From Clostridia bacterium (lineage in GTDB: Bacteria > Bacillota > Clostridia > UBA1212 > DUPL01), in the NCBI GenBank assembly GCA_050951325.1, contig JBMNIW010000011.1, positions 32,001 through 96,000 of the forward strand: DNA of 64,000 nucleotides. The letters are read 5' to 3'. How positions within the stretch are numbered: the first letter of the stretch is position 1; every line of letters starts with the position of its first letter. Shown in pieces: positions 59,916 to 64,000 of this stretch. Below the pieces are notes generated by a model, which made no database searches, was not told the origin of the DNA, and was given only the letters and a program-made list of their open reading frames with translations. Position numbers and translations under genes: made by a program.

Positions 59916-60062
59916 GCCAATTTTGACAATGTTATTCTGACAATCGAAAAAGAAGATGCACCACAGAATCCTGAGACAAGCGATGCAATTAGCGTTATGG
60001 CATTCGTAATTTTAATGGCTTTCATATCTATTCTGATTAAGAGAAGATTTGCTTATAACTAA
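59916..60062 (+). pseudogene. Orphan C-terminal cell-wall sorting signal of a lost surface protein
   Basis: *ANFDNVILTIEKEDAPQNPETSDAISVMAFVILMAFISILIKRRFAYN*; no upstream start; followed by a terminator. Confidence 0.65.
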
Positions 60063-60067
60063 AAAAC

Positions 60068-60082
60068 GAGGCGTTTCGCCTC
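60068..60082. terminator. Bidirectional intrinsic terminator
   Basis: A-tract, GAGGCG-TTT-CGCCTC, T-tract. Confidence 0.75.
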
Positions 60083-60093
60083 ATTTTTTTCAA

Positions 60094-60582
60094 CTAATTT
60101 GAGTTATTGTTGTTATCATGGAATATCTGGTCAAGAACAATTACAAGAGCCAGCATTAGCACTTGGTCTTCACCATCGTCAACATATACCTTGTAGCTAT
60201 CCGTCCATGAGAAGAACTTCTTTGATACTGATGCCACAATACTTCCATTCTTCCTTACATTGAAATCGTAGGCAAACACATTACCGTCCACATCAAATCT
60301 ACCCAAATCGCTCTCAATGTACAACTTGGGTCTGAAGAAGGAAAACTCTTTCTTTACCATTGCAACATGAGCATTGTTCATATATATGTGATACTCCGGA
60401 AGGAATCTGAATATTCTCTGTTCAATGTATACAAGTTCCCTGTTCTGTAAATCCAATATTCTCAATTTGTTCCCTATTGCAAATATCTTGCCCTGCACAT
60501 AATACATGTCATTGTCATTTATGTCTTTTATCGTAAACCTGTCGCCAATGGAAAAAATCTTCTGTCTTATCTTGTACTCCAC
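60094..60582 (-). CDS. LURP-one/tubby-like (scramblase) family protein
   Basis: IRQKIFSIGDRFTIKD, VSKKFFSWTDSY, LALVIVLD. Confidence 0.85.
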   Translation of the reverse strand: MEYKIRQKIFSIGDRFTIKDINDNDMYYVQGKIFAIGNKLRILDLQNRELVYIEQRIFRFLPEYHIYMNNAHVAMVKKEFSFFRPKLYIESDLGRFDVDGNVFAYDFNVRKNGSIVASVSKKFFSWTDSYKVYVDDGEDQVLMLALVIVLDQIFHDNNNNSN

Positions 60583-60594
60583 TTAACACACCTC

Positions 60595-61455
60595 CTATCT
60601 TTTGCTACCCTTTAATGGATTTATCCTTTTCATACTTGTCAATAACGAAAAAGAGGAAAGAACAAATAAAAAGATTACATTCACAATTACCAACGTATAC
60701 AATTGATACGAAGTTACAGCAAAAATGTTTGATCCTGTGGAGCCCTGCAATGCAAGGGACATTGCTCCCAAAAAGGCTATGAAGGGATTAAAGTAGAAGG
60801 CCTTTGCAAAATCCGGGTAAACGCCTCTCTGACTTAAAAAGAACAGCTCTGCATAACCGATTACCAATGACAATATGAAAATTAGGAATATGGTCAAATA
60901 AGCCATGATAGAGCTGGTGACCGTTCTTTTAAATACCGTTGAGTAAAACAGACCAATGCTTCCTGCAGTCAGGGATACCAGAAAATAATACAGCATGACT
61001 GTAACAACCGCCATGGGGTTTACACCTCCGAACAGAAATGCGATGCTGTACAAAGGAATGGATGCTACAAACATCAATAGTATCCACAGAAGAGAAGATA
61101 CGAGCTTGCCAATCACAATCTTGGCAGGGCTCATCTGAGTACATAGAAGAAGATCCAATGTCTGCTTTTCTCTTTCCGAGGAAATTGCACCAGCCGTTGA
61201 TGCGGGCGCAACCAGAACAATTATGAAGAACTGCACAATTGAAAGTGTGTAGAAAATGACAAGACCCACCTCGCTGTAATCTGCAGAGCTATATCCATAG
61301 CGCATCGTACTCAAAGCCATGGATGCGAATATTAACAGAAAAATAACCAGAATGAAGATGTAGACAAGTAGAGCTATGGGTGACCTCCAGCTTCTCATCC
61401 TGATTTTCATTTCTGAAGATATTATGGGATTATTCACTTTAATTTTAATTTTCAT
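60595..61455 (-). CDS. ABC-2 type transporter permease
   Basis: AGAISSEREKQTLDLLLCT...IVIGKL; 6 TM helices. Confidence 0.88.
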   Translation of the reverse strand: MKIKIKVNNPIISSEMKIRMRSWRSPIALLVYIFILVIFLLIFASMALSTMRYGYSSADYSEVGLVIFYTLSIVQFFIIVLVAPASTAGAISSEREKQTLDLLLCTQMSPAKIVIGKLVSSLLWILLMFVASIPLYSIAFLFGGVNPMAVVTVMLYYFLVSLTAGSIGLFYSTVFKRTVTSSIMAYLTIFLIFILSLVIGYAELFFLSQRGVYPDFAKAFYFNPFIAFLGAMSLALQGSTGSNIFAVTSYQLYTLVIVNVIFLFVLSSFSLLTSMKRINPLKGSKR

Positions 61456-62377
61456 TGCCAATTACCTCCAGGAAGATTTGTTCAAGGGATTGAACCGTCT
61501 TGCTAATTGACACTATCCTTACATCGGACAGCGCAAATGCTTTTATGAGTTTTGAAATATCCTCATCAGTACCGTTAAACACTGCTTCAACATTGTTTCC
61601 TTCCCTTACCATTTCACCTACCAAGTCATTGGTACGCATTACAGCAACGCCGTTCTGCAAGTCCTCATCGGCAAGGAAGCCTATTGTTATTTTAGCACGT
61701 CTGCCCATCGTATCCATAATTTCATCAATATTTCCGGAAACCACTGCCTTGCCTCGTGAAAGAATGCAAACCCTGTCGCACATTTCAGAAAGTTCGGGCA
61801 GTATGTGGGAGCTTATGAGTATGGACTTGCCCTGAGCTTTTAATGCTTTTAGTATGAATTTCATTTCCGCTCTTGCCTGTGGGTCCATGCCTGATGCCGG
61901 TTCGTCCAGGATAAGGAGCTTGGGCTCGTGGATAAGGCTTCTGGCAAGACACAATCTCTGCTTCATTCCCCTTGAAAGGGTATCAACATATTTGTCCTTC
62001 TTGTCTGCCAGGTTTACAAGGCGAAGCAGGTCGTCTATAAGGGGGCCTCTTTCACCCTTTGGCACATTGTGAGCATCTGCATAAAAATCCAGATACTCAT
62101 CCACTTTCAAGTTGTCGTATACTCCAAAAAAGTCCGGCATGTAACCGATAAGTTTTTTTGCTTTTGCCGGATTCTGCATAATGGATATTCCATCTATGTA
62201 GGCTTCACCAGCTGAAGCATTCATAAGGCATGCCAATATCTTCATCGCAGTGGTCTTTCCAGCGCCGTTTGGACCCACAAAACCATATATCTCGCCTTCC
62301 CTGACTTCTATGTTCAATTTGTCAAGAGCAAGGAAGTTACCGTAATATTTAGTCAAATTAACTGTTTTTAATAACAT
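61445..62377 (-). CDS. ABC transporter ATP-binding protein
   Basis: GPNGAGKTT, LSRGMKQR, LDEPASGMDP, SSH. Confidence 0.95.
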   Translation of the reverse strand: MLLKTVNLTKYYGNFLALDKLNIEVREGEIYGFVGPNGAGKTTAMKILACLMNASAGEAYIDGISIMQNPAKAKKLIGYMPDFFGVYDNLKVDEYLDFYADAHNVPKGERGPLIDDLLRLVNLADKKDKYVDTLSRGMKQRLCLARSLIHEPKLLILDEPASGMDPQARAEMKFILKALKAQGKSILISSHILPELSEMCDRVCILSRGKAVVSGNIDEIMDTMGRRAKITIGFLADEDLQNGVAVMRTNDLVGEMVREGNNVEAVFNGTDEDISKLIKAFALSDVRIVSISKTVQSLEQIFLEVIGNEN

Positions 62378-62392
62378 ATATCTCAACCTCAC

Positions 62393-64000
62393 TTATTTAT
62401 CCGAAAATTCATACGTCACAGATTCTATGGTCAGTGGCTGACTCTTGTCTATTGGCTCTATCCTTATATGGAAAAATACATATTCGCGGACAGGTTCATA
62501 AATGTAGCTTCCTCTCACAGAGTAATCTCTGTAAGTGAACTCGCTCATTAAAAATTTGAATGGCGATCTTCCTTTTCCAATGTATTCCAAGGTATTGGAG
62601 TCGAATAAAAAGTTGTTGACAACAATATCAACGTCCTCCACTGTGCTTATATTCAGAACAAGCTGCTTATGCATGATATACTCCCTGGGTGCACTTATCT
62701 CATAAATGGCATAATGCTGGGGATCATCAAGAAACACACTGTCGCCCTTAACCTCTCTAACATAACTGAAGTCTTCTATGAAATTGGGCAGATATTTTTC
62801 CTCGGATTGCAGATCCACATATCCATGCAGGCTTACACTCTGATGAACTATTGTGTTGTTGTATGTCTTGGATGGTTTTCTATCATTAATCATGACATTC
62901 ATATCCGGTCCGTCAACAACAAATCCTGCAATATGCATCTGGGGAGACATGGAGAACTCGGTTGCCCCAAGCTTTCGAGTAAGCAGTTTCAACAAAAGAC
63001 CTGCCTTGATACCTTCTTCTCTCCCCAACTGATCTATCAAACTATTTATATGCGGGTCTCCATAGTATCCATATCCATGATTGTATGCGTTGAACATGGA
63101 CATTACCCTGTTGCGAACTCTGTCCTGATAGCTATTTTGGATGGTACGTACAGGCGAGTAATTTATATCCACAGTATCAAGGTATTTGAAATAGTCGAAT
63201 GTATTCACCTTATCGTAAATTGTTACAACCACCTTTTCCAGGTCATAACCTGTATTGTTCTTTAGCCTGATTGTCATGTTGCCGTTTTCCCTAACAATGA
63301 ACTCGGTTTCTATTCTGCCATAGTTCTTTACATCCACAACGGATTCCGCATTGATAAACGACCACATGGTTGCACCTTTGACGGTCGCACTGGATTTAAT
63401 ATCCTGTCTGTATTCAACCGATTTGGACTCTTCACTTGTCATATAGTGGTCCGATTCATACTCAAAAAGGTTTGACCCAAACAACGCATCATTGTCATAG
63501 GAAATCTTGTAATTTCCATTAGAAGAGGTCATGACGGTTGTAGCGACATAGGCAGGCTTTTGCAAATCCGAATACGGATTAAGTTCTACAATAGTCAAGG
63601 TGCTGGCAACATTGCCGCCTCCTCTAGACAAATAACCGTACATAAAGATGGTTACGGAAAATACTACCACCACTATTGGTATGATTATCCACATCAGCTC
63701 TCGTTTGTCCTTTTTCTTCAGTATTGCATAGGAAACAGGACCAACTATGAGCATGTATACTACAATTATCACTACTATTAGCAGTATTGACGGCAGGAAG
63801 TTTTCACTCGAATGGCCAAGTATGTTAGCCACAGTATTTCCTGCGGTATAATAGTTATTACCGTCACCATAACCCACAAGGGCATGGGTGTTGTTCAGAA
63901 GAAACTCAAATATATATTCATAGTTGAATGCCCAACTGGTAAACTCGTTATCAGCCAAGGAAAAAGTCAGATAATAAAGGTTGTACTTGTCATGCTTGTA
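62393..64000 (-). CDS. Large membrane protein of the ABC-2 exporter operon (5' part outside the window)
   Basis: Frame stays open to the window end; YMLIVGPVSYAILKKKDKRELMWIIIP TM hairpin typical of proteins accompanying this exporter type. Confidence 0.7.
   Translation of the reverse strand, partial: YKHDKYNLYYLTFSLADNEFTSWAFNYEYIFEFLLNNTHALVGYGDGNNYYTAGNTVANILGHSSENFLPSILLIVVIIVVYMLIVGPVSYAILKKKDKRELMWIIIPIVVVVFSVTIFMYGYLSRGGGNVASTLTIVELNPYSDLQKPAYVATTVMTSSNGNYKISYDNDALFGSNLFEYESDHYMTSEESKSVEYRQDIKSSATVKGATMWSFINAESVVDVKNYGRIETEFIVRENGNMTIRLKNNTGYDLEKVVVTIYDKVNTFDYFKYLDTVDINYSPVRTIQNSYQDRVRNRVMSMFNAYNHGYGYYGDPHINSLIDQLGREEGIKAGLLLKLLTRKLGATEFSMSPQMHIAGFVVDGPDMNVMINDRKPSKTYNNTIVHQSVSLHGYVDLQSEEKYLPNFIEDFSYVREVKGDSVFLDDPQHYAIYEISAPREYIMHKQLVLNISTVEDVDIVVNNFLFDSNTLEYIGKGRSPFKFLMSEFTYRDYSVRGSYIYEPVREYVFFHIRIEPIDKSQPLTIESVTYEFSDK

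Noticed and set aside
1-64000. CRISPR array, rRNA, riboswitch, prophage, intact transposase, retron or reverse transcriptase
   Set aside because: No spaced repeats or diagnostic motifs found by eye; a covariance-model scan would be needed to exclude small RNAs

Overview
This 64-kb window is AT-rich chromosome from a spore-forming clostridial bacterium (ypeB, spoIIID, spoVT, ispE, murA, nrdD/G, transketolase, tRNA-Glu and tRNA-Met). About 55 intact CDSs are present. They include a complete pstSCAB-phoU-phoP-phoR cassette lying between yycJ and rlmH, a YhaO/YhaN-like nuclease-ATPase pair and many carbohydrate-related genes. The best candidate for an uncharacterised system is a ~10-kb locus at 50.2-60.1 kb: AraC and a UroD/MtaA-like protein face away from two tandem GH99/GH71-like paralogues and two paralogous surface lectin-like proteins, followed by a PHP hydrolase. 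A third GH paralogue, a lipoprotein, sits at 30.4-32.2 kb. Manual reading of intergenic DNA shows several decayed elements that the ORF track misses or only partly captures: an Rhs toxin/immunity graveyard (18.3-20.8 kb), a TnpB RuvC-I fragment, a collapsed UvrD helicase, a collapsed solute-binding-protein paralogue and an orphan sortase sorting signal. phoR and a B12 radical SAM gene are split by single-base insertions that may be sequencing errors. No CRISPR array, rRNA, integrase or intact transposase was seen. All family calls come from motif recognition by eye, not database searches.
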